Below, piece after piece: positions 30,318-38,999 of a stretch of 64,000 nt of DNA; within the stretch, counting starts at the first letter, position 1; the number at the start of each line of letters is the position of its first letter. Made by a program: the position numbers and the translations under genes. Origin of the DNA: Candidatus Eiseniibacteriota bacterium (GTDB lineage Bacteria; Eisenbacteria; RBG-16-71-46; CAZAMP01); assembly GCA_965224245.1 (NCBI GenBank), contig OZ245046.1:4864001-4928000 (forward strand), given 5' to 3'. A model generated the notes under the pieces. It was not told where the DNA came from, ran no database searches, and saw only the letters and a program-made list of their open reading frames with translations.

Positions 30318-30622
30318 CTCGTCTCTCCCGTTTCGAGGCGGCACCACCGGCCGGGCGGCGGTCGCCGAGTCGCTCGCGAGACGACGTCGGGACACACCTC
30401 GATGGATGGTGGATACCGGGAACGTAGACACGGCCCGAACGAGAGCGATTGTACCAACGAGCATCCGTCGGCCGTCAGTGACCCGAGGACCGGTCGCGCA
30501 CCGCTTCGAACGCCATACGTATCAAACGGACCCCTACCTCCCTCCATCTCCACAAGCCGGGCTTGGTCACGTCCACTCATCGAATTCGATGTCGGCGCGC
30601 GACCGGCGCGCAGGAGGTTCTC

Positions 30623-32062
30623 ATGCTCGGTGTGCCGCACTCCCCCCACGCCTCCGGCTTCCGGATCTCGTTGTCAGTGATTGCGTTGAGCGCGTCGGTG
30701 GCGAGCTCGATCTCGGCCGAGACGTTTCGCTACAGCTGCATCCTGTCGGGGCTCCAGGAGGCCCCGCCCGTCGCGTCGACCGGAATGGGTGCCGGGTCGT
30801 TTCTGATCGACACGGACGCGAACACGGTCACCTACAACATCGCGTACACCACGTTGAACTCGGCCGAGTCGGCCGCCCACATCCACGGCTTCTCCGATCC
30901 GGGGGTCGGCTCGGGCGTCGTGCACGCGCTGCCCGCCGGCAATCCCAAGGTCGGAACGTGGAACTACTCCGAAGCCCAGGAGGCCGACATCCTGGCCGGC
31001 CGAGCGTATGTGAACATCCATTCGGCCACGTCGCCCGGTGGCGAGATCCGCGGTCAAATCACGGCGCTGAACGCGTTCCTCGACGGAGCGCAGGAAGCCC
31101 CGCCGGTAGCCACGCCCGCGACCGGGTTCGCGACGTTCACGATCGACACCGACGCCAACATGCTCGGCTACTACATCTTCTACGCGGGTCTGACCGGTGC
31201 CGAGTCGGCCGCGCACATTCACGGCTACTCGTTGCACACGGTCGGCTCGGGCGTCGTGCACGCGCTGCCCGCCGGCAATCCCAAGGTCGGCACCTGGAAC
31301 TACTCGGACGGCGACGAGGCGGCGATCCTCGCCGGGCTCGCGTACGTGAACATCCACTCGAGCACCGCGCCCGGCGGCGAGATCCGCGGACAGATCAGCC
31401 CCGCGGTGATTCCGATCGACGGCGGGCAGGAGGTGCCGCCGGTCGCCTCGGGCGGTGCGGGCGTCGGCGTGTTCGCGATCGATCTCGACACGAACCGGCT
31501 CAGCTACGACATCCGCTTCGCGGGGCTCAACTCGGCCGAGACCCAATCGCACATCCACGGGTTCGCGCCTCCGGGCGGCGGCGCCGGCGTGCTGCACGCG
31601 CTCCCGCTGGGGTCCCCGAAGCTCGGCATGTGGAACTACACGGACGCGCAGGAGGCCGACATCCAGAACGGGCTCACGTACGTGAACGTTCACTCGTCGA
31701 CGTCGCCGGGGGGCGAGATCCGCGGTCAGGTCGAGGGCCTTCCGGCGCCCGAGCCGCTGGCGATCGGCGACATCGCGTCGCCGCGGCCGTACTCGCTGGC
31801 TCCGGGCTCACCGAACCCGTTCCGGTCGGGCACGATCGTACGTTATCGCCTGGACGCGGCGGCCGAGGTGTCGCTGACGGTGCACGACGTGGGCGGACGC
31901 CTCGTCCGGACGTTGCTCTCGGCCGCGATCGCGGCCGGGGAGCACGAGATCGTCTGGGATGGTCGCGACGACGCGAGCCGCGCGGTCGCGGCCGGAACGT
32001 ACTTCTATCGTCTGACGACGCCGAGCGGTGTCGCGACGAGATCGATCGCGGTGCTGCGGTAG
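30623..32062 (+). CDS. Secreted protein with three CHRD domains and FlgD-Ig/T9SS-like C-terminal domain
   Basis: Three repeats of QE.PPV..HIHG..YVN(I/V)HS..PGGEIRGQ; C-terminal PNPF..DVGGRLVRTL..WDG..GTYFYRL. RBS AGGAGG. Confidence 0.9.
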   Translation: MLGVPHSPHASGFRISLSVIALSASVASSISAETFRYSCILSGLQEAPPVASTGMGAGSFLIDTDANTVTYNIAYTTLNSAESAAHIHGFSDPGVGSGVVHALPAGNPKVGTWNYSEAQEADILAGRAYVNIHSATSPGGEIRGQITALNAFLDGAQEAPPVATPATGFATFTIDTDANMLGYYIFYAGLTGAESAAHIHGYSLHTVGSGVVHALPAGNPKVGTWNYSDGDEAAILAGLAYVNIHSSTAPGGEIRGQISPAVIPIDGGQEVPPVASGGAGVGVFAIDLDTNRLSYDIRFAGLNSAETQSHIHGFAPPGGGAGVLHALPLGSPKLGMWNYTDAQEADIQNGLTYVNVHSSTSPGGEIRGQVEGLPAPEPLAIGDIASPRPYSLAPGSPNPFRSGTIVRYRLDAAAEVSLTVHDVGGRLVRTLLSAAIAAGEHEIVWDGRDDASRAVAAGTYFYRLTTPSGVATRSIAVLR

Positions 32063-32104
32063 CCCCTGGCAGCACCGTGTTAGGGGATGCTGAACCCCTG
32101 GCGG

Positions 32105-32140
32105 AGGCCCCGGCATCCCGAGGATGTCGGGGCCTTCTTC
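32105..32140 (+). terminator. Intrinsic terminator
   Basis: AGGCCCCGGCATCC-CGA-GGATGTCGGGGCCT followed by TCTTC. Confidence 0.7.
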
Positions 32141-32190
32141 ATCGTGGCGCGGCGCGCCGATCCGCGAAGCGGCACCGGCCGCGCCCATCG

Positions 32191-32925
32191 TCAGCCCGTC
32201 TGCCAGGGCTCTCGCTTGGCCCCACCCCAGCCTCCGGGATCCTCGATACGCCACGGATTGCCTGTCCCCCATCCCTCCCTGAGCCACATCTCGAGGTGCG
32301 GGACGCCATGGTACCGGTGAACGAGTCGGTACAGATCGGTCTCGAGGTCGAGCACGTAGACGCTGAGATCGGGAAACAGACTGTGGTGGACGACACGAGT
32401 GGGGGTGTCACCGTCGGGCCGCAGGTCCAGCGAGAGTCCGCACCAGATCGGGGGGAAGGCGACCTCCTCGGCCACCTCTCGGCCCACTCGGGCGCACACG
32501 TAGGGCACGGGGACTCTCATGAAGGCGCAGGCTGCGTCCCCCGCGAGCTCGCCGATCCTCTCGCCGCTCTGAGTTCTCGCGCCGACGAGCTGATAGAAGT
32601 GCCAGCCCAGGGCGTCGTCGAGCCGGTAGCCACGACGCAGGGTCTTAAAAGTCTCCGGTGGGATGGACGCGAACGAGGTCGTGGTCACGAGACCGCTGGA
32701 CTCCAGAAAGCCGCAGGTGTCCGACTCGGGGTCCGCGTAGACGTCCAGGACGTTGGCGAAACGAAACGAACCCGACGTGAGCAGCCTCGCGCGGGGAACA
32801 TGCGGTGCCGGATGAAATGTGTCGGTTACCGGAAGGACGAACCTTCGGTCACCGACGGTGATCTCGCTCGCGGGATGAATCCAGCTCACGCTGACGAGCG
32901 AGCCGGTGAGTCGAGCATCTGACAT
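32191..32925 (-). CDS. Hypothetical protein (uncharacterised; last gene of the leftward arm of the accessory block)
   Basis: Strong RBS AAAGGAGG; globular-looking sequence with SWI, FRFAN, PPIW, SLFP motifs. Confidence 0.65.
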   Translation of the reverse strand: MSDARLTGSLVSVSWIHPASEITVGDRRFVLPVTDTFHPAPHVPRARLLTSGSFRFANVLDVYADPESDTCGFLESSGLVTTTSFASIPPETFKTLRRGYRLDDALGWHFYQLVGARTQSGERIGELAGDAACAFMRVPVPYVCARVGREVAEEVAFPPIWCGLSLDLRPDGDTPTRVVHHSLFPDLSVYVLDLETDLYRLVHRYHGVPHLEMWLREGWGTGNPWRIEDPGGWGGAKREPWQTG

Positions 32926-33022
32926 GACGCCTCCTTTCCCGACGACGCGTCCGGCGGGCCGGCTGACGCGATGGGCGCATCGAAGGCGCTCACGCACCTC
33001 GGCGCCGCGTCGTCGCAGCCGA

Positions 33023-33718
33023 TCATCCGCCGGCTCGCTGTTCAGAAAGCTCAACGGCCAGTCGACCTCGCACGTACCGGAGCGAGTCGAGCACGTGCTT
33101 GGCTGCTCGTCGATCGGCACGGTCGCCCTCACATCGACCCGCATGTACCGCGAGCTCACGACCGGACAGCTCGAACGCAGCCCCGGCGATCAGAAGCGGC
33201 GCGTCGCCACCGAGGCCGTTGACCACCGCCCACGTGCGCCGGAAGCGCTCGCGGGCCTCGACGTGCCTGAGAGGTCCGGGTGAGCCGTCCACCAGACACT
33301 CCGTCGTCTCGCGCGAGTCCTCGAACGAGATGCGGCCGACACACTCCCTCGTCCAACTCCGCAACCGATCACGGACGTGGTTCGAGACGATGCGACACAG
33401 CCAGTGCACAAAGGGCCTGCCGCGATTCCGATAGGAACGAAGCCGCCGGAAGTCTCTCTCGACGCACGCAAGAAACACATCAGGCAGCACGTCGTCGCGC
33501 ATGTGCTCGGGCAGCGGACGCACGAGCCACGGGCGTGCGTTCAGAAGTTCATGCAGGAGTTGTGCAAGGGCCTCTTGGGCCAATGCTGGGCAGCAGTCGA
33601 GATCGTCGAGAAACGTGGGCCACGCGGGGTCGGCCGCGGCGACCCGACCGGATGATCGTGCCCCGGGTCGGTCATCGACGCACGCGAGAGAGGGACCACG
33701 AGCGTTCGCGGGCGCCAT
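33023..33718 (-). CDS. ECF-type sigma factor (divergent paralogue)
   Basis: DVLPDVFL..DFRRLRSY..GRPFVHWLCRIVSNHVRDRLR (region 2); region 4 degenerate. Start uncertain (up to 33811). Confidence 0.65.
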   Translation of the reverse strand: MAPANARGPSLACVDDRPGARSSGRVAAADPAWPTFLDDLDCCPALAQEALAQLLHELLNARPWLVRPLPEHMRDDVLPDVFLACVERDFRRLRSYRNRGRPFVHWLCRIVSNHVRDRLRSWTRECVGRISFEDSRETTECLVDGSPGPLRHVEARERFRRTWAVVNGLGGDAPLLIAGAAFELSGRELAVHAGRCEGDRADRRAAKHVLDSLRYVRGRLAVELSEQRAGG

Positions 33719-34001
33719 CGAGGATCCAGTGGGTGAGCTGTCAGTGCGCTCCAGCAGCAAGTTCGCCTCCCGGGCTCGAGGGGGTCGACGGCGGCGTCCT
33801 GCAGGACGCACGTTGTCGCCAGCGCAGATCGCCGGCAGTCGACGGGCCTGGGAGGAAGCGGGGACACCACGTATGCCGATGTGGCGGGCCTCGCGTGCTG
33901 CGGCAGAACTCCCGAGTCCGGCGACTCGAGGGTTTCAACGGATCGAGAGCGAGTTTTTCCATGGAGGTCGCTAGCGGCAACGATGTCGCCGTGTCGAGAG
34001 A

Positions 34002-37000
34002 TCAGCGACTGCGGCAGGCGAACCCCGACCAGTAGAACGGATGGTGAGGGCCACCTTGCCGCTCCCTCTCGGCGAGCAATGCGCGCGATGCCTCCCGGAC
34101 GGCACGTTGCACATCTCGGTCGCCATCCAGATACGCCGCATAGAAGCGACGCATCCACCCGACGGCCACGGCATCGTGGATCTTCCACAGACTCATCACC
34201 ACGCTCCGCGCCCCAGCCAGCTGGAATGCGCGAGGAAGGCCCCACGCGCTCTCACCGACCACGAGAGTACCGAGCCCGGTCTCGCACGCCGACAGCACCG
34301 CGAGATCGACACCCCGAAGATCGAGCGCCACGATCTCCTCCGCGGTGAGCAGTCCATCGGTGTCGTGGCTCTCGAAGGGGCGGTTGGCGCCGGACAGTAC
34401 GAGGCAGCTTCGCACGAGAGGGTCCAGCTGCTGAACCGCACCGATCGCGGTGGCGTGCCCTTCCGCAGTGATGGCTGCGGAGCGGACGCAGGAGCCACCC
34501 AGGTAGAAGCCGTGGGTGGCGAAGTGCACGACGGACGCGCCGCGAATGCCCTCACGAACGCGTCGCTCGCTCGCATCAACGGCAAGGAACACGCGCGACA
34601 TGCCCCCGCCATCGGACCAGATCGACGCAACCGACGCGGCCTCCTCCGCGGTCCGGTTCAGCGGCGCGAAAGTCTCCGGCTCATCGCACTCGTCGCCGAT
34701 CCCTCGCATAGCCGCGACCAGATCCGGCGCCACGCCCGACTCGTCGAAGGACGGATCCGCCACGATCATGGCTACACTCCCCGCACTCGCTGGATCGTTC
34801 GACTCGCGCAATGAGCGCTCGGTGTTCAGAAAGCGCATCTCGGGATCGCGTTGCACAAGATAGCCGTCCCCCTCGGCGGTGGGAAGGGCGTGGAAGTCGA
34901 CCAGGTCGAGCAGCCAATCGGAGACGATGAACACCGTCGAGACCCCGGTAACGTGCGGAGCAACCGGGTCCCAGATGCGCCGACGAAGTCGCGACCCGAG
35001 ATCGTTCACGCTTCGCATGCGGGCGCTCGGCGACTCGGTCAGGATCGGGCGCATCTCCGCCCGCCAGTCGACGATCAAGCTGTCGATCGGCCCGGCGGCG
35101 CCCAACGGAATCAGTGTCGGTGCGCGGTCGTCCGGGTTCAGGACGAAGGCCACGTAGCCCGAGCGTGACTCGAGATCAATGGTTCCGTCGTTCTGTCGCA
35201 CAGGTCGTGGATAGGCATACGAGACATACGAGACGAGGCACTCGTCGCGCGCGAGGGCGGCGGTCAGGTCATCGACGTCCACCGGGGTTCCGGGATCCAG
35301 GGGAGTGGCCTCGGCCAATGCATGCGTGAGCTCGATGGCCGCCAGCTCCTTCCTCAGCGCAGCTGCCAGCAAGGGGTCGGCGAGTGCACCGGGCTTCTTG
35401 CGGGATCGGTGCCAGTGCTCCGAGAGCGTTCTTCGGGTGTCTTGCAGGCGTGACACGAGTGACACGATCGTGGAATCGGTCGACGAGACGCCCGCACGCC
35501 ACATCGCTGTCGACAGCTCCATCTGCCGGCCACGATGGTCGATCACCATCTCGTAGACCTCGGAGACGAGTTCGTCCGACGGATCGGAGGCCAGCTCCAC
35601 CACGGAGTAGAGCAAGCCCTCACGCACCGCTGCCAGCGGGACCTGTATCAGCTCGAGGCTGACCGGTCTCGCCACACCACGATCGCGTTGTCGGCGGGCC
35701 AGACCCTGCCAGGTTCGGATCGATGCAGCCGGCTGGCGCCGAAGTGCCTCGATGTCGGCGGCGATTCCGGACAGCTCCCCGTCGTCGGTCCCCAGGGAGC
35801 CCGCGGCGCGTCGGGCGCGCCCCACGTAGGTCCATGCCGAGTCCAGCTCCCCGTGACGAAAGAAGCCGTAGGCCGCGGCGCGCAGCGCATTCGTGGTCCA
35901 GGGATGCTCGTCACCGAACTGGCGCCGCGCCATGTCCACGCCTTCGAGTAGATACGGCAGCCCCTCCGCGGCGCGCCCGGAGTATGTGAGGGCTGCCCCC
36001 AGTGCGGATGTCGAGATGCAGTACAGTCGGGTATCCGACCGGACGCTGTCCCGAGACGCGCGCGCGAGAACGACGGCGTCTTCGTAGCGCCGGCGCGCGA
36101 TGTCGTTGATCGCGAGGTGTTGCATCACGCGCCCAACGTGGACTGGATCGGGTCGACGCTGGCCGCCGAGAGCCTCGAGAGCAGCGCGAAACAGCAGATC
36201 CGCCACGACGCGACGTCCCAGCCGCTGATAGATCATCCCGGAGCCGTCCACGACGAGCGCCCAGATGCCGGGATGCTCCGCTCGGTCGACGACCTCGAGC
36301 GTCTCGAGATTCGCACGCAACGCGGGTGCAAACCGTCCCTCGGCAAGCGCGTTCGCGGACAGATTCGAAGTTAGCCCGACAATGTACTCGATCTGACCAG
36401 GACGGTACTCGCGTGCCAGCTCGACCGCGGTCTCGAAAGCGGAGAACGCCGAGTCGATGACGCCCTCGGTGTAGTAGGAGATACCCAGTCGGTTCCACGT
36501 GTTCGGCAGGCGATCGAGCGCCTCCGGCGTTCCGAGAGTCGTCAGGTCCCCGACGACGCTGCGCAGGAGCGCGCGCCCTTCTGGATGCCGTCCGAGTGTC
36601 ACCTGAAGGTCTGCGAGGTCGTCGCGCGTCTTGCACGCATCGAGTGAATGCTCTCCGAACGTCACGACACGCAGCTCGAGCAGTTGCTCGAGCTCCTGGC
36701 GGCTCTCGTCGAGTCGCCCCATCCATCGCAGGAGGTTGGCGACGTTGCTCAGGGAGCGATGAAGATCGGGGTCGGTCTCGTCCAGGAACTCGCGTCGCAC
36801 GGCAACCGCGTCACGAAACGCGTCGAGTGCCTCTGGGTCCATGTCCACGCGGTAGTAGCAGCTCCCGAGCACGTGCAGCGCACGGCCGAGCTCGGGGCCG
36901 CAATCGTCGCTCGATCGAAACAGGTCGATCGCGTCCGCGACGAGCTGGATCGTCGACGTGGTGTCACGCATGGCACGGCTGCGTTGTCGGCCCTCGGCGA

Positions 37001-37208
37001 CCAGCATCTTCACCACGGCCACTGTTCGCGGCTCCGCCGCCTGGCGTTCCGGCGAGTCGAGCCAGGCCGTGCCCATCGAGTCCGCGAGCGACCACTCACG
37101 CTGGGAGAGATGTGCCTCCAGCGAATCGATCAAGGCCGTCTCGTTCGCGTGTGTCCGGGCCGCGATCACCAGGGACACGGCGAGGATGAGTCGATACATG
37201 ACGGTCAT
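34002..37208 (-). CDS. Exported TPR-repeat CHAT (caspase-like, clan CD) protease
   Basis: Signal-peptide-like N-terminus, kinesin-light-chain-type TPRs, intact catalytic HFATHG and VLSACETG, SLWKI, HPFYWSGF. Confidence 0.92.
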   Translation of the reverse strand: MTVMYRLILAVSLVIAARTHANETALIDSLEAHLSQREWSLADSMGTAWLDSPERQAAEPRTVAVVKMLVAEGRQRSRAMRDTTSTIQLVADAIDLFRSSDDCGPELGRALHVLGSCYYRVDMDPEALDAFRDAVAVRREFLDETDPDLHRSLSNVANLLRWMGRLDESRQELEQLLELRVVTFGEHSLDACKTRDDLADLQVTLGRHPEGRALLRSVVGDLTTLGTPEALDRLPNTWNRLGISYYTEGVIDSAFSAFETAVELAREYRPGQIEYIVGLTSNLSANALAEGRFAPALRANLETLEVVDRAEHPGIWALVVDGSGMIYQRLGRRVVADLLFRAALEALGGQRRPDPVHVGRVMQHLAINDIARRRYEDAVVLARASRDSVRSDTRLYCISTSALGAALTYSGRAAEGLPYLLEGVDMARRQFGDEHPWTTNALRAAAYGFFRHGELDSAWTYVGRARRAAGSLGTDDGELSGIAADIEALRRQPAASIRTWQGLARRQRDRGVARPVSLELIQVPLAAVREGLLYSVVELASDPSDELVSEVYEMVIDHRGRQMELSTAMWRAGVSSTDSTIVSLVSRLQDTRRTLSEHWHRSRKKPGALADPLLAAALRKELAAIELTHALAEATPLDPGTPVDVDDLTAALARDECLVSYVSYAYPRPVRQNDGTIDLESRSGYVAFVLNPDDRAPTLIPLGAAGPIDSLIVDWRAEMRPILTESPSARMRSVNDLGSRLRRRIWDPVAPHVTGVSTVFIVSDWLLDLVDFHALPTAEGDGYLVQRDPEMRFLNTERSLRESNDPASAGSVAMIVADPSFDESGVAPDLVAAMRGIGDECDEPETFAPLNRTAEEAASVASIWSDGGGMSRVFLAVDASERRVREGIRGASVVHFATHGFYLGGSCVRSAAITAEGHATAIGAVQQLDPLVRSCLVLSGANRPFESHDTDGLLTAEEIVALDLRGVDLAVLSACETGLGTLVVGESAWGLPRAFQLAGARSVVMSLWKIHDAVAVGWMRRFYAAYLDGDRDVQRAVREASRALLAERERQGGPHHPFYWSGFACRSR

Positions 37209-37228
37209 GAGGTTGCTCTCCGTTCGGA

Positions 37229-38167
37229 TCACGGTACGCGACGAACGAGTGTTGCCGACCATGACGTATCGGTGGGGAACGTGGCTGTGACCCACAGCTC
37301 CTCATCGTCACCGAAGTCTGTCTTGAACCGCCACGGCCGCGTCCCCTCCAGAAACCGCATCTCGCCCGAGGGCAGCGCGAGCAGCCAGAGCTGCCAGGGT
37401 CCGTTCTGTGGGAGTGCCAGATGCACCGAGGACGTCAGTCCGGACGGACGGCGCAGCTCGATCCTCTGCTCGCGACCGGGCCAGGACACATACTCGTCTC
37501 GAACCGGAACGAAGCGTCCGCCTCGGCTCACGATACCGTCGATGAACGCCCGGCTCGCCGCCGCCCTCGGATCGGATGGGGTCGCGTCGGGCGACCCGGA
37601 ACCGCGCATGGCGCCCGCGTCGAACTGCGAGCCGAACATCCGCTCAGCGGTGTTCCAATCGGATACCGGTCGCCACTGAAACGCCGGGGGAATCAAGACC
37701 AGCAGCGCCGTGGCGGAAGCCAGTGCGATCACGACCGCACCGGGCCGCCACCACGCCTTCAATCTCGACTGCCAACGCTCAGCGGGTCCGGACGACGACT
37801 CCGACACGGACGCGGCCACGAGCGTGGGCGGGGTTCCCCTCCTGGACGGCGACGCCGCCATCGCGGCTGCGAGGAGGGACTCGTCCTCACCGATGGACAT
37901 CACGTCCGGCGGCACGATGATCGAAGCGCGCAGCCGACTGTGAGCAGGGTCACTCGACTGCTCAATGGCGGCCATGAGGTCGAGCATGTCTCGCCGGAAC
38001 ACGACCGATTGGGCCAACGCTCGTTCCACCTGAGCTCGTTCGACGTCGGACGCCGTTCCGTTGACGTAGGCCACGATCGCCGGAACGTCGGGCGGCGAGA
38101 CGTTCTCGTCTTCGAGGTGCCTCACGAGTTCGTCCAGGAGCTGGTCGATCGCGTCATCGTCACGCAC
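37229..38167 (-). CDS. Putative membrane-anchored anti-sigma factor
   Basis: Overlaps the end of the sigma gene; ASD-like IVAYVNG..ERAQVERAL; one TM (AVVIALASATALLVLI); extracytoplasmic beta domain. Confidence 0.7.
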   Translation of the reverse strand: MRDDDAIDQLLDELVRHLEDENVSPPDVPAIVAYVNGTASDVERAQVERALAQSVVFRRDMLDLMAAIEQSSDPAHSRLRASIIVPPDVMSIGEDESLLAAAMAASPSRRGTPPTLVAASVSESSSGPAERWQSRLKAWWRPGAVVIALASATALLVLIPPAFQWRPVSDWNTAERMFGSQFDAGAMRGSGSPDATPSDPRAAASRAFIDGIVSRGGRFVPVRDEYVSWPGREQRIELRRPSGLTSSVHLALPQNGPWQLWLLALPSGEMRFLEGTRPWRFKTDFGDDEELWVTATFPTDTSWSATLVRRVP

Positions 38168-38786
38168 GGTGCGGCCGCCTCCCGATCGTGGAAAGCTCCG
38201 CCGCGAGGTCGATGCCGAGCTTCTCGAGTTCCTGCCTCAGCTTCTGGCGGCATTGGCGAACGACATTGCCCGCGTCGTGATTGCTCAACCCCAGCAGTGC
38301 GGAGAAGTCTCGGTTGTTCCATCCCTCGCCACGGGCTCGCAGGACGAACTGGCAGCGCGGATCGAGCTGGCGGATTGCCTCGGTGGTCAGCTCCAGCAGA
38401 CGCCGCCAGCCCACGCCGGCATCGACGGATGGGTCGGAGGATGCCGTTTGCTCGTAGTCGGCTTCCTCCGGCTCGGGTCGTTGTGCACGCAGCACGTCGA
38501 TGGCGCATCGACGGGCGACCACGAGGAACCACGTCCGGAACCGGTACCCACGAGGCTCGTATGCAAGTAATCGGCGACAGCTCTGGGCGACCATGGAGTC
38601 CAGCACCTCGACCACGAGATCGTGGCGCCGCTCGCCGGCGTTCGCGAACACCGGAAGGCTCGTGCACATGAGCTCCCGGTACGCCTCCTCGAGGAACATG
38701 TGTCGCCCCCGCACAGGATCCTCGCGCAACATCGCGATGCAGTCGGGCAGCGTCTGGTCGAAGCCGCCGGACCCGGTGTCGTCCAC
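38160..38786 (-). CDS. ECF RNA polymerase sigma factor
   Basis: DLVVEVL..RRLLAY..FRTWFLVVARRCAIDVLR; region 4 IRQLDPRCQFVL..CRQKLR. Confidence 0.8.
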   Translation of the reverse strand: MDDTGSGGFDQTLPDCIAMLREDPVRGRHMFLEEAYRELMCTSLPVFANAGERRHDLVVEVLDSMVAQSCRRLLAYEPRGYRFRTWFLVVARRCAIDVLRAQRPEPEEADYEQTASSDPSVDAGVGWRRLLELTTEAIRQLDPRCQFVLRARGEGWNNRDFSALLGLSNHDAGNVVRQCRQKLRQELEKLGIDLAAELSTIGRRPHRA

Positions 38787-38999
38787 GCTCGTCCTTCCGC
38801 TGGATTACGTTCCAATGTCCGAGGGGCGGATCGTAGCACTTTTTTGGAGTGATGGTCACGGAAGACCCCCTGGGCGTCGACGCGATCCCGCCGGCGGTGG
38901 CGTCCGGGCTCTCCGGGTCGAGGGGTCGAGGGCGATGACCCGGCCCGGTGCGGTCCGGAAGAGCGCGTCGCGCCGGCCATCCGGCGCGACGCACCGTCG

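Noticed and set aside
34002-38786. Type III-E CRISPR Craspase locus
   Set aside because: No CRISPR array or cas genes in the window, and the CHAT protein appears exported.
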